From contig CM052817.1 of NCBI GenBank assembly GCA_028534125.1, forward strand, positions 85,190,001-85,254,000: 64,000 nt of DNA. The letters run 5' to 3'. Below, one piece after another: positions 13,130 to 25,909 of the stretch (positions are counted from its first letter, which is position 1; each line of letters begins with the position of its first letter). The notes beneath the pieces are model-generated. The model was not told where the DNA came from. It saw only the letters and a list, made by a program, of their open reading frames with translations, and did no database searches. This stretch comes from Lama glama (taxonomy: Eukaryota). A program made the translations under genes and the position numbers.

Positions 13130-15900
13130 TGCTGTTACGCAGTCCAGGGGTGATTAGTTCCACTTCCTAGGTGTTGGGAGTGGGTACTGGTTTGTTCCAT
13201 AGTGCTTTTAGTTGAGCAGAGTATGAGGGCAGCAGGTGAGAATGCCTCTCTTTCCAGATAACTAGGGGTGGTTTGTTCAACTTATGCTGGATGATGAGAG
13301 GATGCAGCTAAGGGTAGTCTCTGTGTTTCAGGATCAAGGGATAAGTGGCTAGGCTTTGGATTTTCTGTGAGAAAAAAGGGAAAGGTGAAAGTACCAAATG
13401 ATTGTTTCTTTGCTATGAGCAGCAATGTCAGGGTTCCTATGTCTGTGAAAACTGGTCAGTGGATGTATCTGGTGTGTGTATTAGTACCACCCTTTATACT
13501 CTCCTCATTTATTGTCCATTTAAATATGTTGTAGCTATTCCATCAGGGTGTGTGTGTGTGTGTGTGTATGAATTTAATGGAATCAGAATTATGAGTAGTA
13601 TTTTTTTACCATTTGGGGGAGGCTGTCTCTCAGTAGCCCTTGTTTTAAAAGCTCCTTATATCTTTCTTCGATACTTACTACCATAACATGAAAGGATAGA
13701 TTTTTTTAAAAAAAAGCTTTGTATTTTATAATGTCCCATATTGCATTTATTCAGTGGTGAAGTGGAAGCCTTGATCTGATTGTATGACTTGAGGCATGCC
13801 CGAAGTCTGTAAAGCTGTTTTGGTAACCCCTCAGTATTAGCAGAGATTTGCACCTTACAAATGTGAACTAATAGAAGAGCTTTGTAGGTATCCACCATTG
13901 TTAAAATATATTTAATGACTCCTTCTGGGAGATGCCCAGTGAAATCAATTTGCCAGTTCTGATGTGATCCTTTTCCTTTGTCAGTTTCTCCTCCAATGAA
14001 GTAATCCTAGTCTGTATTTCTGGCATGTAGTATACTTTCTAATGATGTTGTATTATAAATCGTTCTCTGCTACGTTGGCTCTTCCATTGACAACTCATTT
14101 TCATAACCTAATGATGCCCCAAAGCCTTGACCTCTCATGTACACCCACCAATAGAAAGGATATGATGGTCCATCTCAAAGTTTGAAAAAACTGTCCTTCC
14201 TTCAAGAGGCTTACCTGCTTTGGTGGTTTGGTTACTTTGTCGGCTTTGGCTTTGTATCATGCCTCCTATGTGTCTTGTGTGGTGTGAGCCAAGATAATAG
14301 GCAGAGTGAAAGCCAATATAGCAATTCTTTTTCACATCAGTTGACCCAAATGTTTGCCCCTTGTATTTTCCAGCCCTGATCTTGCCAAAATTTCAACTGA
14401 GTAGTTAGCTTATTAGCCACCAATGAGATGTCAGTAAAAATATGAGTCTTAGAGTATCCCTCGACAAACATTTTCCTATGTCTAGTAATATTGTACAGCC
14501 CACGGGCACTTTGGCCCATTCCCTGAAAAGGAAATTGCAGTGTTTGTAAAGGGGTGATGGGCTGTGCGTTGTCCACTGTCTGGCTCCCTTGTACCCCTCT
14601 TCTCTCCCTTGTTAAAGAAAGACCATTGCTTTTCTTATTTTGAGAGTGCTGCATATCCTCCCTCCAGGGCCCACTGAACAAGAGTCACAGGCATTTGTCA
14701 AGTTAACCTCAATGGGAGGGTATGTGGCTACTTCCTCAAGAAGTTGTGAAACTCCAGTAGAGCCTGGTGTAGCAAAAACCTGTAGATACCATTTCCATTT
14801 TAATAAGGAGGCTTCTGTTGCTGATCCACTTTTACAGGTACCTTTTTCCATTATCTAGTGCATAATAGGAATCTCAGTCCATCGGGTAATTGGCTCTGTC
14901 CAGTAAGGGCTTCAGCTTTGATAGTGCCCAGTGCACCACCATGTGTTGCCTCTCTAATGGTAAAAATACCTTTGGACTGAGTTTGGGAGCCACCTTCACC
15001 AAAACCCCAGAGCTTGGCATTTTCCTGTCTTTTTGACTCTTGCAAGCAAATTTTGGGGTGGTAATAGCCTCTGATTGTAAATCCTGTCCTCCAGGTACAA
15101 ACAGCCTCCTTTAGCTTATCTAGGGTATGCTGACATTAAGGTTCCACTGAGAAGTGGAAGACTTGTGGGTGACTTGCTCGATGGGGGCTGCCAAATTTTA
15201 GAGGTGAAGAGTGGGTTGGTAGTAGAATCCAAATATTCCAGCCAAATGTTGTGAGAGGCTTAACAGCTAGGATTTTGTCTTTTACTTAACTGGGCATAGT
15301 TTGCCTTTCTGAATTCCAGATGTATCCCCCAAATTTAACAAACTGGGAAGGCTTTATACCTTATGCACGTGTCCATTCCCTCTCAGTGAGGTGTTTATTC
15401 ACAGTTGTGATGATCTGGGAGACAGAGTCTTGGTCAGGTCTAGTGAGAAAGGTGTCGTCAGTAGAACGCCAAAACCAACTTTTTGGTGGGTGTGTGGGAC
15501 AATTGTCTAAGTCTCATCAGCAAATCCCTGTGCAGTTTCAGAGTTATTTAAGTAATCAGAAAAGGGTGTACTGTGGACCCTCAAAGATAAAGACAAGTTG
15601 TGGCTGACTCTTCTGTGAATTTTTTGCTGAATAGAACATGTTAGTCAAATCTATAAATCCAAGTCATATACCCATGTTCTTTTGAATGTTATCCATTAAG
15701 GCGAAAATTGATAGAGATGCTCTAATAAAGGGAACAGCCTCGTTTAACTCTCTATCATCTACACTTACTCTCCACTCCTGAGAAGTGCTTTAAACGCAGG
15801 ACATACCAGGAAATTGAATGGTGAGATGGTGAGAATCAGTACCCCTTCTTTAACTAGGCTGTGACAGGCCATAATCCTTCAGTACCTTGCATTAGCTGCT
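13130..15900 (-). pseudogene. pol: Retroviral pol pseudogene (RT, connection, RNase H, integrase), many stops and frameshifts
   Basis: RT motifs: SPFN ~15813-15824, IDLTNMFYS 15628-15654, STDD (degenerate YxDD) 15454-15465. ERV-L-type LLKWKWYLQ...VSQLLEEVA at ~14730-14810. RNase H motif IFTD...VANKL...WQDQGWKIQGANIW. Integrase motifs: WQIDFTGHLP ~13926-13955, VDTY, GMPQVIQSDQGFHFT ~13755-13800, IE..YKELLK ~13640-13672. Confidence 0.9.
13548..13567. repeat. (GT)10 microsatellite inside the integrase region
   Basis: Direct sequence. Confidence 0.95.
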
Positions 15901-15999
15901 ATTGTAATATGTTTATTCACCTGCATTGTAGAGGAAGGTTAACTGGTTCCCACTAGGCAGCCAGCACCTATCATTATGATAAAGACTTAGACTTGTTCT

Positions 16000-16310
16000 A
16001 GAAGGTTAACTATTGACTGAAGACGTCCATTCCAATAATGGGAAAAGGGACATTGGGGTCAGGGAGTGGGGAAACAACCAGGATAGAGGCATCTTTTAAA
16101 AAAACTGGGCCAATTTTAGTAGTTAAACTAGTAATTACCCCTTTAATTTATCCTTCTTCTAAGATATAAAACTGTCATGTCCTGGAGGGTATGAAGAGGT
16201 CTTAAAACCCAAGTGCTTCCTGGAATTAGGGAGATTTCAGTGCTCATGTCCAACAGAACCAGCCAGTGTTGTTTCTGCCTCCCCCAAAACCCCGCCCAAG
16301 GCAGTAGAAA
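16000..16310 (-). pseudogene. pro: Retroviral aspartic protease remnant, ERV-L-like
   Basis: ORF 16143-16484 contains WGRQKQHWLVLLDMSTEISLIPG (cf. ERV-L LLDTGSELTLIPG), with IIGMDV at ~16022-16039 (cf. IIGIDIL). Confidence 0.8.
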
Positions 16311-16499
16311 TAAAAGTGTTGTTTCTTTTTTGGAGCCCAGACTACATTTAATATGGTCAAAGGGTGACTGTCTGCTAGAAGGGGCCTTTTCAGAGACTTC
16401 TGGATCCATATGTGAGGGTGGGTCCCTGCCCCTGGCAAAACCAGGGACAGGCCCTGAAGGTAGGGCTGTCTCTGAGGGAGACACCTGCCATGGATTGTA

Positions 16500-16930
16500 G
16501 TCTCACTGTATTATTCCATTGTTTTACCAAAGATTATCCAATTTGGGAATCTGGAGTCCTGCCCTCCTTGAGTCTACCCAGGGAGAAGTAGAGGAACTGC
16601 TCTACTTGGGGGCTGGGGATAAGGGAGGTAAGAGGGAAAGAGTGTAACAACATTACAATCTTCCTTAAATCCCCAGGGCGGAATTGGTGAAGTGTTCTTT
16701 GAGCCCTGGGAAGGATGATTATTTGAACACAATTGAGATTATTAGGATGAAAAAGAATGTTAGGTTGAAAATACCACTTAAGGTGGCAAACATTAGTGTC
16801 TTTTATATTAATAAAAATACCCTAGGAAATCCAGTAAATCTAAGACCATTTTAAAAACATACAAAGTTGTCAATAAGCTATTGGCCAAAAAAACAGTAAA
16901 TGCAGGTGGTTTACCAGATGAATGACTTGA
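16500..16930 (-). pseudogene. Short gag-like remnant (matrix-like plus proline-rich segment)
   Basis: Frame-broken motifs SGIFNLT...IVF, HPSQ and PPW recall gammaretroviral matrix (GTFN...VF...GHPDQ...PPPW), followed by a C-rich (Pro-rich) tract. Similarity is weak. Confidence 0.35.
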
Positions 16931-17437
16931 AACCTTTAAGGGGTAGACTTCAGAGACAGAAAGAAAAGCTCTCAGGTTCTTTTTATAAGGCCATCATGAT
17001 ACTGAGAGAAATATCTGTCAAAGGATAATACACCAAAATAACTATCTAACTAAGTAGGCTACTGCTATTTGTGAATATCATTGAAAAGTTACTTAATACA
17101 CTTTTATAAAAAGAATTCTATAGCATATTAATAGAGTATTAACATACCATGTTACAGCAGATTATGACAGCCATGCATGGATGGTTCAATGTTATACAAT
17201 CTGTATATCAACAATGTTATTAACTCAAAAGGTGAGATTATCTGATTAGTTCAACAATCAAAGGGAAGGTACGGTGGTAGGATTTGTTATCCTTGCTGAT
17301 GACATGGTAGTAAAGCTGGATAGCGTGAAAAAGGAAGTAAAAGAATGATACAATAAAAAATTTAGTGAGGTTACTGAATATAAATAGTATGTGAAGTTCA
17401 TACCTCATCCTAAATAAGAAATAACAGAATATAAAGT

Positions 17438-17682
17438 TAGTTGACCCTTGAACAACATGGGTTTGAACTGCATGGGTCCACCATACTCTAAATTTTTTCA
17501 ATAGTAGATGCTCCAGTACCACACAATCTGTGATTGGCTGAATCCCAGGATGTGGAACTGCAGCTGTGAAGGAAACTGTATGTGGAGGAATTGCATGTAA
17601 GGAGAGTTGACTATAAATTATATATGAATTTGCTACTCTGTGGAGGGTAGGTGCCCCTAACCCTCATGTTCATGTAATACTG
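17438..17682. mobile_element. Tigger-derived MITE (MER8/Tigger2a-like)
   Basis: agttgacccttgaacaacatgggtttgaactgcatgggtccac start and gtgcccctaaccctcatgttca end, ~245 bp. Confidence 0.8.
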
Positions 17683-19272
17683 GTTAAATCAATATGCTGA
17701 CTACCAAACCGACTAAAATATTTTGTGGTGCTGTGATTTTAATAAAATTGCATTTAATTTTATCCAAATATAAATATGCTAAATAAGTATTAAAAGAAAG
17801 GTGATAGGGGAGGGGACTAACCCTACAGATACTAGAATATGGAAAATTCATGTAACCAAACATGAAATTATATAAAAATATGATTAAAACAGCATAGAAC
17901 TGCAAAGAATGGACAAGCATTCTCGGGAGGGGGGGGAAGTAGGCATTAGAGAGGTGAATATAAGGGTACTTAGAAAAAAGGGAGCCGAACCAACCCAGTG
18001 ACCCCAGTACAGGGAATGTGGCTAGAGAGGAGGGGACCAGAATATGCAGTACATTGAAAGCACTGTTCAAGGTCTTATCCTGAGAAGAATGTGAAGTCAC
18101 TAAGATAGTTTAACAGAGAGATGATCAGAATTTGCTCTGAAAAATCTTAGCCTTTGTATCACTTAGTATGAGAAATAAATATGGATAAATTAAGACAAAA
18201 AATTGATAAGAAGCCCTAGAAGTTTAAAAGGATTGTATATTTTTGAATAATTATTTATTTGAGAAAAGTCTTGCTATTATATTCAAATAAGGAATACAAG
18301 TGAATTGAGCATAGGATATTTTATTTCTCCGTACTCTTTGGAAGTTGTTCTTTTTTGGCATTTGATATAGTTGAGAACTTTTTAAATATATAGATTTTTG
18401 TTCATATACAGATAATCTGTTTTGTTTTTAAACATGGATGTTTGTAATATGTGATTTCAGAGTTATAAATAAAATTTTTACCAGAGTATATCCAGTATGG
18501 ATATCTTTTTAGCTATTTTTCCAAATACATGTTTAACATTCTTGATTTTCAGACTTAGACTTATGTTAGATTAGAAAACTTCTATTATTTTACAATATTA
18601 TATCTTCTTTATAGTTTTTTTTAATTTATGGTTCATCTTTAATTACTAAATATAATTTTTAAATTATTTTATTTGTTTCATATTTTTCCTGTTTTCTTAT
18701 TTTGGGGTCTTATTTGTATTTTCTACAATTTATAGCCTGCTACTTTACTTACTAATGGAAATCTGATTTAATTGTTGTTTACTTTGGTTTTCATTTTAGT
18801 GGAATCATCTTGACTTAATTTGTTATACATACTGACTTGTTATAATCTATCACTTTCTCTTTTATAGAAAACATAAAACTTTTCTATCGATCTCTTTTAA
18901 AAAACTGTTATTAGGTAAGATTGGTTTATTCCAAATATTTGGCTCATTACTTCTCTGTTCCTCTGTAGCAGTGTTTTTTAAAGTGTCCTTTGTTAAATAT
19001 TGTCTATTTCTCTATTTCAATTTCCTATACACTCTTAGGAAAATTATTCTTTTTAGATTCTCTGAAACACGTCTAGTAACAATTCTTAATCCCATTCAGT
19101 CGAATGGATGGATGACAGAATTCATCATCTACAAAAAGGTAAAAGGAAAAGCAACAAGATTGTATGAAATAATCACAAAATTATATATAAATCTTTGTAT
19201 AAAACAATAGAAATAAAGTAATCATTATTTTGTTTAATAGATGTAGTTATTTAAGAAGAACCATAAAAGTAC

Positions 19273-19624
19273 TAACAAACTTTCTTTGTGATCAAACCTT
19301 AATCAGGCTCTTCGGAGCCCTCTTCTGATGAGGACTCCACTTTGGCCTTCATCTTTGCTGGGGCTGCATAGCCCAGTTCTAGCAAAAATCCTATTAAATG
19401 AGTTAAGCAGGAATCCCCCTTTCCTTGATGTCTCCTTTTAGTAACTTGCCATCCATTGGACCCTTCACTGCTCTTCAGCTATAAATCTCCAGTTGTCCTT
19501 GCTGTATTTGGACATGAGTGAGCCCAGTTCTGTGGTGAGATTGCCTTTTCCCCTTTGCTTTAGTTTTTGAATAAAATCAGTTTTTACCACTTTAACTACT
19601 ATCCAACTCTGGTTTTCTTTAAAA
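19273..19624 (+). mobile_element. Solo ERV1 LTR (MER31-like)
   Basis: caaaccttaatcaggctc...gcccagttctagcaaaaatccta...gaatcccc motifs, TATA-like ctataaat ~19479 and AATAAA ~19570. Confidence 0.75.
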
Positions 19625-20751
19625 GTACACTGTGATAGTACAAGGATACTGTACATTGAAATTTGAGTCAAAATGCTAAAAGAATGGGAAATAAAATTAG
19701 AGAAGTTTTAAAAAGTGAAATTAAAAAAAATTTAAGTGAAAAAAGCAACTTAAAAGGCAAAATAGTAGAGGAAAGCGAGAACAGTGGGGCTCAAGCTGCA
19801 ACATCCTCCAGAAAACCTTGGCCTTATTAAGCTAATTGGCTTCTGTTTGCTTTCTCTCTGGCCCCTGGGTGCTTTCTGCTCTGCTCAGTAGGGTTCCCAG
19901 TTTTTCCAGGAGGGTGTGAGTGTATTACTCAGTTTTCAGTAAATACTCAGTAAAAGCTAACTTCCTAACTGTCAGGAGCTGAGCTAACTTCCACAGCAAA
20001 GCTATAGAATTGCTAAAAAGGGCGTGTAGGCAGGAGGTCTACTGTCTCCTCCTTCTAGTCTTGGAGATCTTTTATTGGCTTTGCAGTGTGAGAGTGGCCA
20101 ATCTGAATTAATAAAGGGAAGTGAGGAATGTCCCATTTTGTATTAAAAGAATTAAAAACACACATATTTCCGGGTTGCCTTTGCACACTTCTATACCATG
20201 ATGTGTATTGCTTCTGTTGCAAACATAATTTTAATAATTAATAATTACGTATTTAATTATTTGTAATAAAGGATGAATGACTGTATATCATTATCAGTTG
20301 TAAATTTTTTTTTAAATTGACTGAGTGATATGTTAAACTTCATGACTTTAAAATTTTTTTGATGCACTCAAAAGATAATATCCTTAGAGTTAATTTTGTA
20401 AACAGCATTGTTTTGTAAGAAATCTAATTCCTGATGTGACAGATTAAAAGATTTGCATATTACACAGTAGATCTTGATTCTTAAACATAAACTTCAGAGT
20501 GCAGAATTGATATTATACAAAAAATGTGACTTTTGAGTATGAGCGTTTAAAAATGAATAGATTTTAACTATGCCTCATCTAGAATATTTTTCTAAAAACC
20601 ATCTATAAGTTTTCTGTCTTCTTTGGAACTTGTAAAACATTTAACTAGAGGTAAACTGGGTAAGTTACATGCCCAAGAGTTTGTTTCATGCAGTTGGGCA
20701 TTAGTACTTCACTTTCTGTCAAAGCACATTCTTTAATCATGAATCTATTTC

Positions 20752-20787
20752 ATTTTTATTTTTTATTTTTTATTTTTTATTTTTATT
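20752..20787. repeat. (TTTTTA/TTTTTTA)n simple repeat
   Basis: Direct sequence. Confidence 0.85.
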
Positions 20788-21741
20788 GTGGCTGAGATTA
20801 AAAAATAATATATGATTGAAAATTTTATGCAATGGATTTTTAGGTTGCCTAGCTACCTTACCTGATACTCCAAAAATATTATTCTATATTTGACTACTGC
20901 AAACACCATTTAGATAGAAGTCTTCTTAGAATAGAAACAGATTGTTTGACATTCGGTTGTTCTTTATTGTGATAAAAGCGATACATGGAAAAAAGTTTAG
21001 CTTTTGAAAAAATTTTGGTAGTGAACTTAGAAAAAAAGTTGATTTTGTTCAAGGGTTTGACCAAGCTTAAATAAGACAAAAAAACCAGGATTGATAATAA
21101 AAATGACAAGAGGTTATTTTCTTCATTTCACCAGTGCTCATCAAAAGATTAGTTTTCACACCAGCACTTACTGAACAAAAATTAACAGTTTCACACAGTC
21201 TGTTTGCTGCAGGAAGGGACCGCAGGATCTCAGCATTTCTGAAAGTGGGGTCCTAATGGCTCTGTACTATTTAACAATAAGATAACAAATAGATTTTGGT
21301 GCAAGTTCAATTTTTGAGTATGCCAAAGAAACTAGAGTTAACAGCTAAATAAATAAATCCTGTTCAATACTTTGGTTGAGTTTAACAAAATTTATTCAGC
21401 TGGATGAAAAGATTGCTGGGGACTTTGTAGGTAATGTTTCCAAAATATAATTGAGAATGTCAAAACGAATCATAACAAAATGTACTACTGTGCAGATTTA
21501 TGCTTTGCACCAGACATTACTAATGCATGGGATAGTTACACAAAAAAGCCTTCAGTGTCAGTTATGAAATTGTATGATAGAGGAAAATTAATTTTTCTAT
21601 TCCTTTATGATAACACATTCTAATGGCTCTCGCCGTATGAGAGCATTTTTAATACAATGGCCATGAATTATATGAACCATGCAGGAGATTTGAGTGGAGA
21701 AAAGTAATTTTCAATATGCTAATGCTATGCTGTATTGCTTA

Positions 21742-22020
21742 GAATAGTGATCCAATAGATATATGTTAAGCCCTATATGCAATATAAAATTATCCTAGTG
21801 GCCATGTAGCAAAAAGAGGAAGAGGTGAAATTAATTCTAATAACATATTTTATTTAACCTAAAATATCCAAAACATTTTTTCAATGTGTGATCAGTATTA
21901 AAATTGACATATTTTATATTTTTTCTGTGCTTGTAAATCTGATGTATACTTTATGCCTACAGCACATCTCAGTTTAGACTAGCCACATTTCAAGCACTCA
22001 ATAGCCTCATATAGGACAAG
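21742..22020. mobile_element. hAT-Charlie MITE (MER33-like)
   Basis: ggtgaaattaattctaataacatattttatttaacc...acagcacatctcagtttagactagccacatttcaagcactcaatagcc. Confidence 0.75.
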
Positions 22021-25000
22021 GCTTAGAAGAAATACCTATGTCACCTCTTCACTTGATTTCAGTAGTATAATTGTCTTCTTAAATTTATAGGCATTTATTA
22101 AGTAGTGATTAAAGTTAGAAATTTAATCACATGATTGGGATATTTCTCTGTAAAGCTTTGTTATTGATTTACCAAAATCAATATTTTCTAATAGGAATGC
22201 TTAATTTATTTACAATAGTTGAAAACTGGAAAGCAAACCACCAAGTACCATTTTTTAATATTAATATATTGTCCTAATATTCTAATGTTATAAAAAGGTT
22301 TTCACCCCTATGCAGATTGGATTTCTCAATATTTCTTTTCTTCTTCTTCTTTTTATGAATGCAAATCAAACACTTTAATTAAGATAAATACTTACTAGAT
22401 TGGTGGGCTTCCACCACAGGAAATTTTAGTTAACAGGTAAATCTAGTAAATTGGCTTCTAGTTATTCCTCCAGCCATCTAGAAAAAATTTGCAGGAGAAG
22501 CCCTGGCAAAATTGAAGCTACTTTTTTGAGAATTTGCATTTCAGTATGTTGATTCACCACAGGGCTTGACCCAAAATGGGCAAAACCTCTATCTTTAGAT
22601 TTACAGTATAAGGTTTGCTCAACCACTTCACCTATGTTCACAAACCACTGATAACTTTGAACAAATCACAAAGATTGGCATTTTATATCACTATATTATT
22701 ATTTGAGCTGGAATAGTAGGCTCTGCAGTAAGTTCATTAACTCCCACTGAGATAGAGAAATGGCTGGAGCGCTCCTCGGAGATGATCAAATCCATGATGT
22801 AGCCATAACATTGTATACATTTGTAGAATGCATATCCTGTGCGTTTGTTTGTTAGTTATACTAGGGACAATTGGAGGACCCAGTAACTGACTTGTCCCAC
22901 TGATAATTGGGGCAGTCATTACAGCATTGCTCTGACTGAATGATGTCAGCTTCTCACAATTTCTCCTGTCATTCTTACTCCTACTCATATTGTAAAAAGT
23001 AGAAGCTGGTGCCAGCACTTGTTGAACCATGCATATATCCACCTCTAGCTGGCAATCTGGCCACATAGGAGCCTCTGCCAAAATATTTCTTTAATGTATG
23101 AAATGGATATACAGTTGAACTATTTCATGGGAGATTATAATATGATTGAAATTTCATAAATCCACATGTTATCTCTTCTATTTTCAGAGAATTGAATCTC
23201 TGTAGGATCCATGTTCTCAGTATCAGTAAAAAAAAAAAAAATTTTGTTTACCTGTCCATTCTCTGTCACAATATCTTACCTTACTAAATGACACTAATCC
23301 CATATCTTGTCTGTCACAACTCATCATGAGATAATGAGCTGACCTTTAAATAGTTAGCCTAAACCAGAAATGCTGAATATCTGTCTGTGAGGAAAATGAA
23401 TAATGGGTATGTTCAAGAGATGGGGAGTTCCTGGACAGGGACCAAGTAAATGTGGGTAGTCAAATACTCTGTTCTTGAGGGTAGTGCCTGCCTGCTCAGA
23501 CAGGCTGTGAAGGCAGGAGCGAGATAGCAAATCATGAGGATGACTAACTCAGATCACCATAAGGATCACTAATCAAATGATTTGGCTTTAAAAAGAACAA
23601 AACAAACAAATAAAAAAAAGATAACTAGCCATCCTTGAAAAAAGTTAAAGAAATGAGATAGCTGATAGCAAATACTTCATTACATAATTAAGGTTCACAG
23701 GTCAAATTTATTAATAAGTTAATTTGATTGACAAGCATTGGTTAAATTTTTAATTAAAAGTTCAAAATCACCATAAAGCCATGATCTTTTTATTTCATAT
23801 CATCATGTTCATTGTGTCCTAATAGTGCAGACAGGCCTGCTGTTAACCATTTTAGTTGACATTTTAAGTGTTCATAATAATGGAACATATTGTTTGAAAT
23901 TTTAAGCATTCTATTCTTTTAAGGTTCATTAAGCACAAACACTTCTAGTTATGGTTATAATACATAGGTCGAGAATTGGTACCCTTATTTTGAAGGTGAT
24001 ATTTTTCTCCATTATCTATTGCCAAAGCAGAATGGAATGAAAGTTAGTATCAGCTTTTGAAAAATAAGCAGGATGACTTGAAAAAGTTATAGATAATGGT
24101 CTATCTAAATAAGAAAATGTTACAGTAAAAACATAAAAATGTGTATTGAAGGAATGTAAAGATCAACTGTCCATTTCCAGTCACAAATAATTAGTTAAAT
24201 AAAAATTAAAATATACAACATTAATTAAAGATAATTTTATTATGAAGCAACATTACATACTTGTTTCACAAATTTAATAGCATCTTTGATACACATTTTT
24301 AACAAATTCCATACAGCAAAACTTCCACACAGAAAAAGAATTAAAAACAACTAATAGGTATGGTGAATAGATTAATAGTATAGCCATAAATATCAATACT
24401 AGTTTATCCATAGCATGACTTGACAAAATTGCAGCTAAATTTTTATTTGGAGAAAAAAATCAGAGTGAGTGTTTTAACTGTCCTGTAATGTTTTAACCTT
24501 GTCTTTATATAATGTTCCCAATTACACCAGGGTCCTTGGGCCCATAAGTATTATCAGTAAAGAGGATCCAGAGGATCACAACATGAAATGACTCAGTATT
24601 GACCTAGAAGAGACATATGAAATCCTCTGGTAAAGATTCTTTATTTTAGAGATATAAGTTATTTGCTGATTTTTGCCAAAAAACATGCCTCTAGACTCAG
24701 AAGGTCTTTGTTCACTTTTTTTAATTAAAAGAGAATTCTACATTTCCTTTGGGAATTTCACCCCCTATGATCATATCAATGCATGTGTTTCTGGTGGCCA
24801 AATCTAATTCTCCTCATCTCCAGGAAAGGGAGCTATCTGGCTTAAGCTATCTTCCTGGTCAGGGTGATTTAACCAGGTAGATGTTTTAAACACCATCAGT
24901 GAGTGGAACTCATGTCTCTGTTCTTTTTCCCACAAGTTCAACAGCGTTGCAACACACACACAAAAGCAAACAAACAAACCCAACAAACTAAAACACATGA

Positions 25001-25195
25001 GGCAGAGACTCAGAGGTTCCAGAAACCTGCAGTGGATACACAGTATGAGAAAAAAAATTTTTAATCTTTGCAAAATACTGTGACTTGGGGGTTGTTTGCT
25101 ATTATTATCATATATATGTTGGCTTAAGCTGACTGACTCGGAGTGAGGTAAAATATGTCCCAAACTGAGCTCATCTATCTTCTCTGAAAAATCTT

Positions 25196-25886
25196 GTATA
25201 CTTACAATCTGGCTTGTATCAGTTTATGTTAATGCAGAGTCTGTCTGCTGACCAAAAACCTATGCATGATCTTTCAGGCCCCTCTATAGACAATTACAAA
25301 AGCTTTACCTGGCAGGACTTGGGGGAAAGCTGTCCTCCCCACACCAGATGTGTAGCACAGCCTGTGGTATTGCAGTCTCCAAAGGGAGCTGCAGTCAAGG
25401 ACTTAGCCTTCCCTGGTGGCCCACACTCTTACACTTATTCCTAGCCCAAGTGCCTCCATTCACCGGGCCCTCAGTGATGGCCTTCCCCAGTGTCTCTACC
25501 AAGACCTCTTTATTGAGAGGAACGGGGTAAACCTTAAAGATATTTTTCCCCACTCTGACTCAGTATTTAACGCTTTTTCATTCCTAGCCCTACCCTCACT
25601 GTTCCTGGACCCCTGGGTCCATAAAATGATAGGTGCCTTTTGTTCGGGGCTCCTTCATCAGTGAGATGATCCCCAGGTCTGTGCTGATCCACCTGACCTT
25701 CATGGGGAGTCATTCCATGGAGAAGAATGAAACCTTGGGGAAAAGCATTTTCTGCTCTTTAGCCTCATGCTTATGCTGTTGTGGTGATTGAAGCCTTGAT
25801 GGTTACCTTCATTTAGCTTTGCTGTCTTAACAGGCCACTCTGACACCTAGGAGCTCACTCCCTCCAGCTCAGTTCATCCTGTAACA
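25196..25886 (+). mobile_element. Solo ERVL LTR (MER54/MER74-like)
   Basis: TG...CA ends (tgtatact...ctgtaaca), ccataaaa TATA-like box, cttttgttcggggctcc and ctgacacct motifs, and GC-richer than the flanks. Confidence 0.7.
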
Positions 25887-25909
25887 GTGACAACAGTCCA
25901 CAAATATCA

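Larger units (their letters stand above)
11530..17040 (-). mobile_element. Decayed endogenous retrovirus internal region (gag-like, pro, pol, env-like) with class III/ERV-L-type pol and no LTRs seen
   Basis: Ordered minus-strand motifs for protease, RT, RNase H and integrase (see sub-features). GC content is higher than the flanks. A PBS-like TTTGGTG start lies at ~17031-17037. Outer boundaries are approximate. Confidence 0.85.

Noticed and set aside
13130..16310. Functional or domesticated retroviral pol/protease gene
   Set aside because: Catalytic motifs are mutated (STDD, DMS), with numerous stops and frameshifts and an inserted microsatellite
19273..19624. MER31-like LTR (and the MER54-like LTR at 25196-25886) as the missing 5' LTR of the ERV
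   Set aside because: Both are in the opposite orientation to the ERV, separated from it by >2 kb of unrelated sequence, and have no partner at the ERV 3' end
22737..23081. 114-aa ORF in unique sequence as a possible host exon
   Set aside because: No recognisable domain, a non-ATG start and no convincing splice-site pair. The length is within chance expectation
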